A stretch of 64,000 nt of DNA from a virus: positions 32,001 to 96,000 of the IMG/VR virus record IMGVR_UViG_3300020183_000007; one strand, 5' to 3'. Within the stretch, counting starts at the first letter, position 1. The number at the start of each line of letters is the position of its first letter. The notes below the pieces were generated by a model. That model was given only the letters and a program-made list of their open reading frames with translations. It was not told the DNA's origin and ran no database searches. The translations under genes were made by a program, and so were the position numbers. Of the stretch, positions 48,454 through 57,950 are shown one piece after another.

Positions 48454-50309
48454 TAAAACATCCTTCTTACTCTTTTAGAAGAAGTAGATCTACGAAAACC
48501 TGTTGAAGGATTCAGTGCATCAACTCGACCACTAATTATAACTTTATTTTTTTCATCATCTTCTTTATCTACTTTTTTATTGTCTGGAACAAAAAAATGA
48601 TTAGAGAAAGTTTCAGTATTTGTTGCATACTGCCCCTGAGAAAACTCTCCATAATTTTGCGTAATAGCCAACAAGGCTAGCATTAAAGCATCGTGTGCGT
48701 GATCCATCGCAGATCCTGCAGCCTCAAAAACTGGTCGACCAGTTTGAGTTGTGCGAACAACAACATAAGATATTAGCTGCATATATAGCTCTTCGTCAGA
48801 GTCTGGAATCATTAATTTTTCTTTTTCCAAAAACTGTCTAAGGTTATCGACCATAAATGGTTTCATTTCCTTTTTAACCATTAACTTAGTATATGGATCT
48901 CTTACGTCAATACTTTCACCAAATGCAACACCTTTTATTTTTTCTTTCAATCCGGATCTAGGGTTCTCAACACCATGTTTCTTCAAAAGCTCTACTTGTA
49001 CCTCTCCATATCCACGGTCTACATAAATGTGTTTTGGATTAAATATTTGATTAAGTTCAATAATTCTATCTACCGCTTTAGTCAAAGTATATTCTGATCT
49101 AGCAATTTCTTCTCGATAACAAATTTTTGTTTTGCCTCTAAATGTAGAATTTTCATAATTCTCAGAACATACCTCTACAACAACAATATTTGTTCCGGCA
49201 CCGTATTTATCCCAGTCAACGCCAATTGTATGAAATGATCTAGCAGATGTTATTTCTGGAGTATAATTCCAGGAAGGAGAAATAAAAGCCCTATCAACAA
49301 ACTTTCTAGGATAAACACCTTCGGAATCTTCGCCCCAATCAGCCTCAATTTCATGCCTATATCCATTGGGCGAATATTGCTCCCTAAATTCTTCTTCTTG
49401 CTCTTTAGAAAAATATGGATTGCAATAACTCGGAAACCAAAATTCGGTAAACCTAGGTGATCTACACCATTCCCAAAATCTTTCCCGCCTTCCAGTTGGA
49501 GTAGATGCTCCAATCATCACTTTATCAGGTTGATCTTCTGCTGTTTTTTGAAGCATGGCGTATAGGGCATCGAGATCATCTGCATGCATATAGTCCATTT
49601 CATCAAGAATAATTAAATGCGCTTCTTGACCACGAGCAACATCTGACTTGCCTCCTGATTTCATTCCTGAAGTGAAAAATCTAATTGTAGAACCATTTGA
49701 GAATTGAATCATAAATTGAGGACTAGTTACTTTTCTTGTTATAGAATCTATAACAACTTCATTCTTAGAGGCAATTCTAAGAATCTCCTGATAGATAAGT
49801 TCTACTTGCGTTTTCATTGGTGCAATAACTAAAGATCTACCATCTTTATGAGTATAACTGTAATGCAATAGCTGCACTGCTAGGCTAAATGTTTTACCTA
49901 AACGACGACCAGCTCTTAAAACTTTTCTTAAAGAAGGGTCTCTTAATATTAATATTTGATACACACGAAGGTTGGCTTCCAAAAATTGTTTTGCCCAAAC
50001 TACAGGGTCTTTAGAAACATGTAACTGTCGTTGATGATCTGCGCTAATTCCATCTGCCAATAAATCTAAATCAATTTCAAATGGTTCATCAATTAAAAGA
50101 GCTAATTCTCTGTTGGTTATTTCTCTTTCTATAACAGGCATTCCGTTGTTCCACGATAGGTGAGATAATTTATTTTTAAATACCCATTCAATTCTGTTGA
50201 CTTGCTTAATAAGTTCAGGATCTTGGATGCGAATTATTTCAAGTAAATCTTCTCTAGACAATTTTTGTAAGGCACTTCTAAATTCTTGTGTTTTTGTAAA
50301 TATACTCAT
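48453..50309 (-). CDS. terL: Terminase large subunit (618 aa)
   Basis: Walker A RAGRRLGKT, Walker B IILDEMD, motif III ASTP, nuclease GVDWD ... DHAHDAL. Confidence 0.93.
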   Translation of the reverse strand: MSIFTKTQEFRSALQKLSREDLLEIIRIQDPELIKQVNRIEWVFKNKLSHLSWNNGMPVIEREITNRELALLIDEPFEIDLDLLADGISADHQRQLHVSKDPVVWAKQFLEANLRVYQILILRDPSLRKVLRAGRRLGKTFSLAVQLLHYSYTHKDGRSLVIAPMKTQVELIYQEILRIASKNEVVIDSITRKVTSPQFMIQFSNGSTIRFFTSGMKSGGKSDVARGQEAHLIILDEMDYMHADDLDALYAMLQKTAEDQPDKVMIGASTPTGRRERFWEWCRSPRFTEFWFPSYCNPYFSKEQEEEFREQYSPNGYRHEIEADWGEDSEGVYPRKFVDRAFISPSWNYTPEITSARSFHTIGVDWDKYGAGTNIVVVEVCSENYENSTFRGKTKICYREEIARSEYTLTKAVDRIIELNQIFNPKHIYVDRGYGEVQVELLKKHGVENPRSGLKEKIKGVAFGESIDVRDPYTKLMVKKEMKPFMVDNLRQFLEKEKLMIPDSDEELYMQLISYVVVRTTQTGRPVFEAAGSAMDHAHDALMLALLAITQNYGEFSQGQYATNTETFSNHFFVPDNKKVDKEDDEKNKVIISGRVDALNPSTGFRRSTSSKRVRRMF

Positions 50310-50311
50310 AA

Positions 50312-51790
50312 TTATCCATAATGCGCAGCCATCATTGCGCCCTCTGTACCTAGCATGCTTCTTGCGTTTAGTCTAGAATTTTGTATTGCCTGAACACCTC
50401 TAGCTCTAGAAGTTGCTGCAGCTTCGGTATCCCTAAAGCCCATTCCAAATGTTGGTTTGGCTATAGAACCTTGTAAAGATTTATTTGCATCTCTTGTAAA
50501 ATTGATTCCACTCTTAACTAATTCTCCGCCGAGCCGAGCAAGGTCGTATGCCAATGATGCTGCAGCGACGACCTGAAGACCGGGCATTGCTAGTGCAGCC
50601 CCTCTCATTGCCATCATTCCAGCTGCGCCCTTACCACCAAGCTTTAATGCTGTCCTTGCTCCAACTTGAGAGAAAAACTTTTCTCCTCCAGTTGATCTAA
50701 GAAATGATACCGCTTCGTCTGCTCCTTTTAAAACCTGACCACTTGCTAACTTTATTCCATCGTCACCAAAAGATTGAACAGCTTTAGCAAATGCATCTTC
50801 TGCTGCCTTTGCACCTTGTGCTGCTCTGCCAACTAATCCAGGTTGACCACCAAAACCTAGTGCACCACGAGAATATCCGGCTAAATATCCCGTTGCTGCA
50901 CCCGCTAGAGCAGAAGCTTGAAGATTACCACGAACACCAAGAGCGCCGGCTCCTGTAGCTGCGTTATATCCCCCTAAGCCAACTGCTGTTTGAGCTGCTG
51001 TTTGTCCAGCCGGAGCGACAATTCCCATACCCATACTTTTAGGTATAATCCGCCCAAACTGTCCACCAGAAACAGTTAAGCCTGCTGGTGAATTTATTCT
51101 TAAAAGCGAGGAAGTGGCAGTATCTATTTTTCCAAGTTTTGCTGCGGCCCGAGAAGATCCTTTAAGTGCTCTTCTTTCTAAAGCGTCTGTTTTAACTCCT
51201 GCGGATATGCCGGAAAGCAGTCCTGGACCAAAAGCCTTTTCTCCTTCAACTAGAGGATTGTTACCTAAAATTTTGCCAGCTAGCCTTTGTCCATGCTTAC
51301 TGTTCAAGAGCTTATATCCACCAAACATTGAATATGCTCCAGCTTTTTCTCCAGCAAAAATAGTTTGAGAATGACCTCTAAAGAAAGCTCTAGGATTTGC
51401 TGTTATATTATTAACTCTTGAAGATCTTAAAAATGGAGTTTTTCCTGCAGCTCTAGCGCTAGTTTGTCTTGATGAAGAGCCCATAAAATGAGAATCCATG
51501 GCGTCAGACATGTGTCCGCCAACCATAATCCTGTGCTTAGAAGCTCTTTTGGCTAATCTTTTTTGACGTCTTGCACTTAAAACTTTTTGAGGATCACCAA
51601 GATCATCCATGAATCCGCCATACATCATTGTATTTGAGCCTCTCATGGAACCAAATGCAATAGTTGTACTCAAACCAGGTAGATGTTCCATCATCCTAAA
51701 GCCCAAAGGAACATCAGGGGTATCAACAAAAGTTGACTCGTTTAATGGGCCTATTGACTGACTATATCCAGTTGGATCACCTAAGGGCAT
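50312..51790 (-). CDS. Gly/Ala-rich basic protein, candidate internal virion/ejection protein (492 aa)
   Basis: Very high Gly/Ala content, hydrophobic AALAMPGLQVVAAASLAY near the C-terminus, and an ATSRARGVQAIQNSRLNARSMLG tail. Confidence 0.6.
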   Translation of the reverse strand: MPLGDPTGYSQSIGPLNESTFVDTPDVPLGFRMMEHLPGLSTTIAFGSMRGSNTMMYGGFMDDLGDPQKVLSARRQKRLAKRASKHRIMVGGHMSDAMDSHFMGSSSRQTSARAAGKTPFLRSSRVNNITANPRAFFRGHSQTIFAGEKAGAYSMFGGYKLLNSKHGQRLAGKILGNNPLVEGEKAFGPGLLSGISAGVKTDALERRALKGSSRAAAKLGKIDTATSSLLRINSPAGLTVSGGQFGRIIPKSMGMGIVAPAGQTAAQTAVGLGGYNAATGAGALGVRGNLQASALAGAATGYLAGYSRGALGFGGQPGLVGRAAQGAKAAEDAFAKAVQSFGDDGIKLASGQVLKGADEAVSFLRSTGGEKFFSQVGARTALKLGGKGAAGMMAMRGAALAMPGLQVVAAASLAYDLARLGGELVKSGINFTRDANKSLQGSIAKPTFGMGFRDTEAAATSRARGVQAIQNSRLNARSMLGTEGAMMAAHYG

Positions 51791-52656
51791 CAGTATCCCC
51801 TTCTAGAGTTATGCATTCCGAGAACAATATCTCCACTAGCGTTCAATGTGCTCTGAGTATTTCTTGTTGTGGAGTATGGCGAATTTTGAAAAAACTCTCT
51901 GTTATTATTCATATAAGCTCCGACGCCAAGTGCTGGCAAAACTACTCCCACGTTTGCCCCAACAAAACCACCAACTAATCCGCCACTAATTTTTCCTATT
52001 TTAGATCCAGTTTTACCAAATGCAGAACCTAAAAATGCTCCAGCTGCTACTCCCATCGTTCCAGTAACTGGACCGGTTGCAGTTCTTGCTGCAACCATAG
52101 CGGCACTAAACGTATCTGAATTTATTGGTGGATTCGCAGCAAAATAATCCCCTGGGGCAGTCGCCTGTAACATGCGTCCACCAACTCCACCCATTAGTGT
52201 TCCAGCTAAAAATCTAGCATCTAGGTCTCTTCCAGTAAAATATCTATCTGCTTCAGTATCATTAAAAGCTGCTTCAAACGCAGCATCTTTTACAGCTGGA
52301 CCGACAGAAGAACCAAAGCCGATTGCGCCAGCGCCAATTGTCACACCAGCTATCCCGGCCCTACTTGAAGCAACTTCGCCTAGGGCTCCCCCTAAACCAG
52401 CTGCTGCTCCACGAGCAGCCCTTCCGGTACGGCCTTGAGCAAAACCTTGAGCTGTTCCTTGTAATTTTGGAATAAGCTCTTCATCTATTCTTTTGCCAAC
52501 TGATTCAGAAACGTCATCAAACGTTTGCCTTGCTCTGCCGCGTAAACCAGCTGTTCTTGCAGAAGCTGATGCCCTTTGACTTTCAGCCATTGGCTTTATG
52601 GTATCATTAAATAAAGATGTAACTCTTTTACCTAAAGAACCCAAATTAACTGGCAT
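51790..52656 (-). CDS. Gly/Ala-rich protein, candidate internal virion/ejection protein (288 aa)
   Basis: Several glycine-zipper-like hydrophobic segments (GIAGVTIGAGAIGFG; GGLVGGFVGANVGVVLPALGVG). Confidence 0.6.
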   Translation of the reverse strand: MPVNLGSLGKRVTSLFNDTIKPMAESQRASASARTAGLRGRARQTFDDVSESVGKRIDEELIPKLQGTAQGFAQGRTGRAARGAAAGLGGALGEVASSRAGIAGVTIGAGAIGFGSSVGPAVKDAAFEAAFNDTEADRYFTGRDLDARFLAGTLMGGVGGRMLQATAPGDYFAANPPINSDTFSAAMVAARTATGPVTGTMGVAAGAFLGSAFGKTGSKIGKISGGLVGGFVGANVGVVLPALGVGAYMNNNREFFQNSPYSTTRNTQSTLNASGDIVLGMHNSRRGY

Positions 52657-52658
52657 TA

Positions 52659-55600
52659 TTACTGCCCTCCATAAAGATGATTATATTTATTGTTTCCCAT
52701 TTTTGTATGTCCAATTTTATTTCTATCTAGATTTCCGACAACACCAGCAGTAACCAATGGATCCCTCCTGGAGGAAGGCAACGAAGTCATGGAAGCAGTG
52801 TAGGTATTCGTAACACTATTTTGATTATAGTTTTCTAATGGTTGCCGTTCAAGTGTTTCGTTATATAAATCTCTTTCTTCTTTTTTTCTAAACAGATAGT
52901 AACCACCAGCCATGGCTGCTGCACCCATAGCAATCAAACCAGCGTGTGGTTTTATGTTATTGTATATTTCAACACTTTTTGAAATATCTTGCTTTCGAGT
53001 TCCAGCTTTAATATTTTGTAAAGCTGTTCTCAGCAGGTCGTTATCACCAGCAAGTCGTTCTGCTACATCATTAGCACCCTTCAATGAAGATCTAGCAATG
53101 GCATTCATATTTCTGGTAAATGTGGTTCCAGCTGGAGCAGTGGCTCTTGCTGTAGTTTCGTCAAAGAAAAATACTCTCAATAAATCAGTAGAATCATCTA
53201 TTACATTACCAAGAATTCTATTTCCAGTATCTCTAGTTAAATCTACTCCCATGGATGAAGCATTTTGAACTAATCTAGCTATTGGGCTATCTACGCCAGT
53301 ATCTTCTATAAATCCTGCTACAACTCCTCTTTTAGCTAAAGCTTCTAATTCTGCTACTGCAGACTCTTTACTTTTTTTCTCAAAAAGAACTTTTAAGTTT
53401 TCTATTTCAGCTCGCAAACGAGAATCTGGTTCTTTTATGATATTCTTATAGTTATCTGTCTCAACAAAATCTTCATATAACTTTTCTGCTATTTTTTTTG
53501 AAGTAAGACCAGAATCATCTCTGCCCTCTTGCCAGGTTAGGTTTAACATATTGTGCACTGTATGTTGATTAGTTTTATCATCTTTTATTGCTGTTTCAAT
53601 AAAACTAAGAGACATATTAACTTTACCCTCAGCCAAAGCTTTACCCATATCGGGTATGCTTGGATCTGAAGCTAGTTCAATTGATTTAAAGTACTCATAA
53701 GGAAGAATTAGCTTCTTTCCTAAAGATGACTGAGTTTGAGATTCCATAATTCTCAAAGATGATTGGAATTTAAAGTGCGATACACCAAACTGAGAAACAA
53801 CATCACCTATCTCTTCAGATGCTCCATATCTCATTGAAGTTCTGAATTGAGATAAATATGAGTCACTTACACCAGCCTTTGGCTGGGTGCTTAAAGTCTG
53901 GAATCTTTCTCTAGCCACACCACCGGTTGCCCTTGACATCATATCGCCAAAAGCCAATTCAGTAGGACCTAAGATAGAGTTAGCCATTCCTAAACCAGAC
54001 ATTGTCTGACCATGAGAAACATATTGAGCCAATATCTCAGAAGAACTGCGTGCATTCATATTGAATCCCATAGAGAACGTTGGTGTTTTTGAGGGATTCA
54101 TTAAAGAGCGAATTTGCCCAACAACACCCCTGATTGTACCAGGTGAATCTCCGCCTATTACCCTGGGATTATCTGCAAAGTTTTCATAAAAATTACCAAC
54201 ATTGTGAATATAAGAATCCACATCTACAGGACTAATATTTGTTGGCATGCCGATTTGATCTATTAGTTCTTGTGCTATTAGAATATTTGAATTTTCTCTT
54301 CTTGTTAAACCCAAGCTCATTATTTGTTTTTCAAATGGGTTTATTCTTCTCGTAATCGAAGGAGCTGCCCCTTGTGGGGTTAAATTAATTGTTTTGTCAT
54401 ACTGTGTATCTTGAGCTCCTGTAATGACACTTCTTAAATATTCTTTTGCTTGAACCTTATCTAATTCTATTGGGCTTCCTTGTCCAGTGAAAATCTTATA
54501 CGAACCCTGATCATACTTTATAAAGCCTTTTTCAATATCTGCACCAAAATCTACACCAAAAGTCTTTTTTGCTTCCTGCGCATCAATCATAATGCTTGTG
54601 CTAGCCAGTCCCTCATCTGTTTGTATGTATCTAAGAGCTGCTTGAGACAACTGTCGCGGATCAGATATGTTTGCTTCTGGTACAATTGCTGAGGACTTTA
54701 GCGCTGTTAATCTCGCCATATCTATGATATCTTTAGATATTTTTGCACCGGGCTCTTTTGTCTTCGGATTACGAAAATCTAATTTACCCTGATGTATATA
54801 CTTCAACATGTAGTCCTGCATAATTGTGTCAGTTTCAGCTACGTGAGAACCTTCAAATATTTTTGCAAAAACCTCAGGCGCATGATCTTCGGCAGCTATT
54901 AAATCCAATAGATTTGTATTCATGATGAAGTTTTCCATAGCGGCATATGTAGCTTTTCCTCCACGAGAAATATCAGCTAAGGTTTCTTCCGCAAAAAAGC
55001 TTTTTATAAATCTATCTCCTCTAGCAATAGCATCATCAGGCGATAAACCTTCAGTTTGCTGAAATAGATTTCTCATATATTGACGACCAATTTCAAGTGT
55101 ATCTATCATGAAATTGGGATTATTATCTACTCTATCTAAAAACTTATTAACTACCAGATTAAGTGAAGCATTCTGCTTGTAGCCCCTCATTGACCTAGCT
55201 GTATCGAGCAATGTATTTATGTCATACTGAATGTTGTGTCCAGTAAGAAAATCAACTTCAGATTCATCAGAAAGATAACCAAATAATTTTGTCATCCTTT
55301 CCATAAACTCATCTTCATTACCAATAATATTTCCTAATTTGTCAAACCCTTCTTGCTCAGCTATAAACTGGCTCAAAGTTTGACTATCACTAGCCAGAAC
55401 ACCCGCAAGTCTTGGTGAGTCATACATAAAATCCATGCCTTCTTCGGCAACCTTAACCATTTTAGCTGCCTCATCCAAACCAGTTCTCTGTATCAAAGAA
55501 ACAGATCTAGCCTGAGAGCCAAACATTAGTCCAGTAGATTCAATGTCTATCGTTGCTATTTTTGAAGTTTGAGTAAAAAGACTTCCATTAGCAATAGCAG

Positions 55601-56171
55601 ATATCTGAGACATGTTTCTTTGTATCTGCGAGGAAGACATGATGTTTTGCGTATTGAATGTCATGTCAGATATAGACTCAGACATAGGGTCAACGTTAAA
55701 TATCATTTTATTTAAAACTGAAAAAACAGGATGTTCCATTTTTTGGTTTATGTCAAACATTAAACCAACTCTTACATCATTAGCACCTTCTGGTAAGGCA
55801 ATATTGGGGAAGCCAACATTTGATATTAGATCACCCAATTTAACAACCTTAGTTCTATAATTAGATATTAATTCTTGTCTTGCCTGATAATTAAAATAAG
55901 ATAAATCAATTTTACCCATTTTACGAAGATGCTCTACATCTACAACGTTTACCATTCCAGGCTTAAGCTTTTCTGGATCAGACAACATCCTGTAATACAT
56001 ATTCTCAAACTCTTTTTGTGACTGCATAAACTCATCTGCAGTCCCGTATATGCCTGTTGCTGTTTGATCATTTAAGATCACTTCGCCAATACCTTTGTTT
56101 TTCTTAAAAGGAAAGGATTGAGTACTTTTGTCGACTAATCTAGATAGTCTTTGAAAAAGCTCTTCTGACAT
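52659..56171 (-). CDS. Large protein (1170 aa) with an internal DEDDh 3'-5' exonuclease domain and a C-terminal hydrophobic helix
   Basis: ExoI TIDIESTG (~55531-55555), ExoII GHNIQYD (~55221-55243), ExoIII HVAETD (~54828-54846). GLIAMGAAAMAGGYYLFRKK near the C-terminus. Confidence 0.8.
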   Translation of the reverse strand: MSEELFQRLSRLVDKSTQSFPFKKNKGIGEVILNDQTATGIYGTADEFMQSQKEFENMYYRMLSDPEKLKPGMVNVVDVEHLRKMGKIDLSYFNYQARQELISNYRTKVVKLGDLISNVGFPNIALPEGANDVRVGLMFDINQKMEHPVFSVLNKMIFNVDPMSESISDMTFNTQNIMSSSQIQRNMSQISAIANGSLFTQTSKIATIDIESTGLMFGSQARSVSLIQRTGLDEAAKMVKVAEEGMDFMYDSPRLAGVLASDSQTLSQFIAEQEGFDKLGNIIGNEDEFMERMTKLFGYLSDESEVDFLTGHNIQYDINTLLDTARSMRGYKQNASLNLVVNKFLDRVDNNPNFMIDTLEIGRQYMRNLFQQTEGLSPDDAIARGDRFIKSFFAEETLADISRGGKATYAAMENFIMNTNLLDLIAAEDHAPEVFAKIFEGSHVAETDTIMQDYMLKYIHQGKLDFRNPKTKEPGAKISKDIIDMARLTALKSSAIVPEANISDPRQLSQAALRYIQTDEGLASTSIMIDAQEAKKTFGVDFGADIEKGFIKYDQGSYKIFTGQGSPIELDKVQAKEYLRSVITGAQDTQYDKTINLTPQGAAPSITRRINPFEKQIMSLGLTRRENSNILIAQELIDQIGMPTNISPVDVDSYIHNVGNFYENFADNPRVIGGDSPGTIRGVVGQIRSLMNPSKTPTFSMGFNMNARSSSEILAQYVSHGQTMSGLGMANSILGPTELAFGDMMSRATGGVARERFQTLSTQPKAGVSDSYLSQFRTSMRYGASEEIGDVVSQFGVSHFKFQSSLRIMESQTQSSLGKKLILPYEYFKSIELASDPSIPDMGKALAEGKVNMSLSFIETAIKDDKTNQHTVHNMLNLTWQEGRDDSGLTSKKIAEKLYEDFVETDNYKNIIKEPDSRLRAEIENLKVLFEKKSKESAVAELEALAKRGVVAGFIEDTGVDSPIARLVQNASSMGVDLTRDTGNRILGNVIDDSTDLLRVFFFDETTARATAPAGTTFTRNMNAIARSSLKGANDVAERLAGDNDLLRTALQNIKAGTRKQDISKSVEIYNNIKPHAGLIAMGAAAMAGGYYLFRKKEERDLYNETLERQPLENYNQNSVTNTYTASMTSLPSSRRDPLVTAGVVGNLDRNKIGHTKMGNNKYNHLYGGQ

Positions 56172-56887
56172 TAGTCGATGTCCTTTGGTGAATCTATTTC
56201 AATATAATCATCTTTATCATAAATGCCCAGTTTTTGTTTAAGAACTTTTTCTCTTTGATTCTCTAAAGACTGAACTTTATAAAGTATATCTGATATAGCT
56301 TGAGCGCTATCAAGCTGAGCTTGTCCAACCTTAGCTTTAGCTTCTCTTGTGGCAAGCAGTTGATTTCTTAGATCTTTTCTACGCTTATGTAATCTGTCTT
56401 CCAGTTCTACTGCAAGGTGTAGCTCTTTTTTAAGGATTGGCTGGCCATCACTATCAACGCCAATAATATTTTCTTGCACAAAATGTTCTTTAGCAAGAAG
56501 TTTTGTTTTGCGAATATATTGAACCTCTTGATCAACAAGATCTCTAACCATAGAAACTTCAACCAAATTGTCTGGATGAACATCTAGCTGTTCCATGTAT
56601 TCCTTGGTAAATTGTGCAACTATAGACATTTCTATAGGACAGGGCTTTCCGCGTGGTGCTAGATTTTCCTTGAGGAGTGGACATGTGTCTGCAAAAGTGC
56701 ATTTATGCGCCTCACAATTCATAGGAATAGAAGAAAACATGGATGTTCTAGTTTTCTGAGGCCGGACTAATTCAACAGCCTTTTCTTTTTCTTCATCTGT
56801 CCAATTGTCAGGAAAAAACAAATCTGGACGCAGGGATTCAAAATCTTGTAAAAATTTTCCCTTGTCACTCTTTTCTATGTTGCTCAT
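56171..56887 (-). CDS. Probable terminase small subunit with a Cys cluster (238 aa)
   Basis: HLAVELEDRLHKRRKDLRNQLLATREAKAK resembles the small-terminase C-terminal helix motif. N-terminal C-x4-C-x5-C...C cluster. Upstream of terL in the same operon. Confidence 0.5.
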   Translation of the reverse strand: MSNIEKSDKGKFLQDFESLRPDLFFPDNWTDEEKEKAVELVRPQKTRTSMFSSIPMNCEAHKCTFADTCPLLKENLAPRGKPCPIEMSIVAQFTKEYMEQLDVHPDNLVEVSMVRDLVDQEVQYIRKTKLLAKEHFVQENIIGVDSDGQPILKKELHLAVELEDRLHKRRKDLRNQLLATREAKAKVGQAQLDSAQAISDILYKVQSLENQREKVLKQKLGIYDKDDYIEIDSPKDID

Positions 56888-57050
56888 TTAAATCAATCCA
56901 CTCGCTATCATAGGAGCCATCAGAATGAAATCTTTCTATTGTAGCACTTTTGCAGTAAGAACAATACATGTCTCTTGTTAAATATCTTTTTGAGAAATCA
57001 AAATATTCAGTTATAACTTGAACCATGCCGTTACATCTGGGACAATTCAT
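56865..57050 (-). CDS. Small zinc-ribbon protein (61 aa)
   Basis: CPRC ... CSYC pairs. Confidence 0.6.
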   Translation of the reverse strand: MNCPRCNGMVQVITEYFDFSKRYLTRDMYCSYCKSATIERFHSDGSYDSEWIDLNEQHRKE

Positions 57051-57453
57051 CTAGAGCTTTCATTAAACCCTTCTGTAGTTTACTGGCTACTTCTGCATTT
57101 TGAATTGCATTATAGAAAATGCCAACTTCTCTAATTTCATCAGAGGTTAGATAAGGCGATATCCTGTATCTGGATCCCTTACATATTTCGCAATAAAAAT
57201 CTTTTTCCTCATTAAAACAAGTGCACTTTTCAATTAAATCAAAAAACTCTAATGAATCAGCTATTTCAAACCATTTTGACTTAAACAATTTTTTTGTCTG
57301 CTCTTTAAATGCTCTAAGCTTTTGCGGATCATTAGATAATAATGTTCCCATATCTAAAGACTGTTTCATCAAATCATTTATTGTCTTATACAAAAAATTT
57401 GCTAACTGAAAATCACCATTAACATCTGTAAACTTCTTCCAATCATTCATCAT
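57031..57453 (-). CDS. Hypothetical protein with a Cys cluster (140 aa)
   Basis: CTC...CEICKG motif, AGGA SD, in-operon. Confidence 0.65.
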   Translation of the reverse strand: MMNDWKKFTDVNGDFQLANFLYKTINDLMKQSLDMGTLLSNDPQKLRAFKEQTKKLFKSKWFEIADSLEFFDLIEKCTCFNEEKDFYCEICKGSRYRISPYLTSDEIREVGIFYNAIQNAEVASKLQKGLMKALDELSQM

Positions 57454-57472
57454 AATTCCTAACTATTATTTT

Positions 57473-57934
57473 TTAATATCTATACATTGACTGTCTTCCA
57501 GAGGAAGCGCCTTCTCCTCTTCTGTTCATTGCTACTCCAGCTGCAACACCAAGGCCAAGACCTATGCCCAAAAGACTTCTTTTACTCATTTTCATCCCCT
57601 TAGTAGTAACCGGGGGAACCGAGGGACCGTGCATCATTCCCGTGTCAACGCCACCTAATTTTGCAGCTGCCTGTCTCATTGATGACTGCCTTGCTCTTGC
57701 TGCATCAATTCCAGCCATTCTCTTTGGTGTCATAACTGTTCTTTTTGCATCTCTTGCTGACCCCGGTGCATTCGCTGGATTAAAACCTGGCAAAAAGGGT
57801 TGTCGCGGTCTTGATGGGCCCATGGTTACTGGAACTGGCCTTCTTGCTCGTGCATTTCTTGCAGCGGCGGAATGTGGCCCGACCATTGGCCCTCTCGTGG
57901 GTGTTTCAAATCCTGGTAATTGCATTTGTGGCAT
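57473..57934 (-). CDS. Basic Pro/Arg-rich protein with a C-terminal hydrophobic helix (153 aa)
   Basis: LLGIGLGLGVAAGVAMNRR near the C-terminus. GGA SD. Confidence 0.65.
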   Translation of the reverse strand: MPQMQLPGFETPTRGPMVGPHSAAARNARARRPVPVTMGPSRPRQPFLPGFNPANAPGSARDAKRTVMTPKRMAGIDAARARQSSMRQAAAKLGGVDTGMMHGPSVPPVTTKGMKMSKRSLLGIGLGLGVAAGVAMNRRGEGASSGRQSMYRY

Positions 57935-57950
57935 GTCTATCGTTTTTCCT

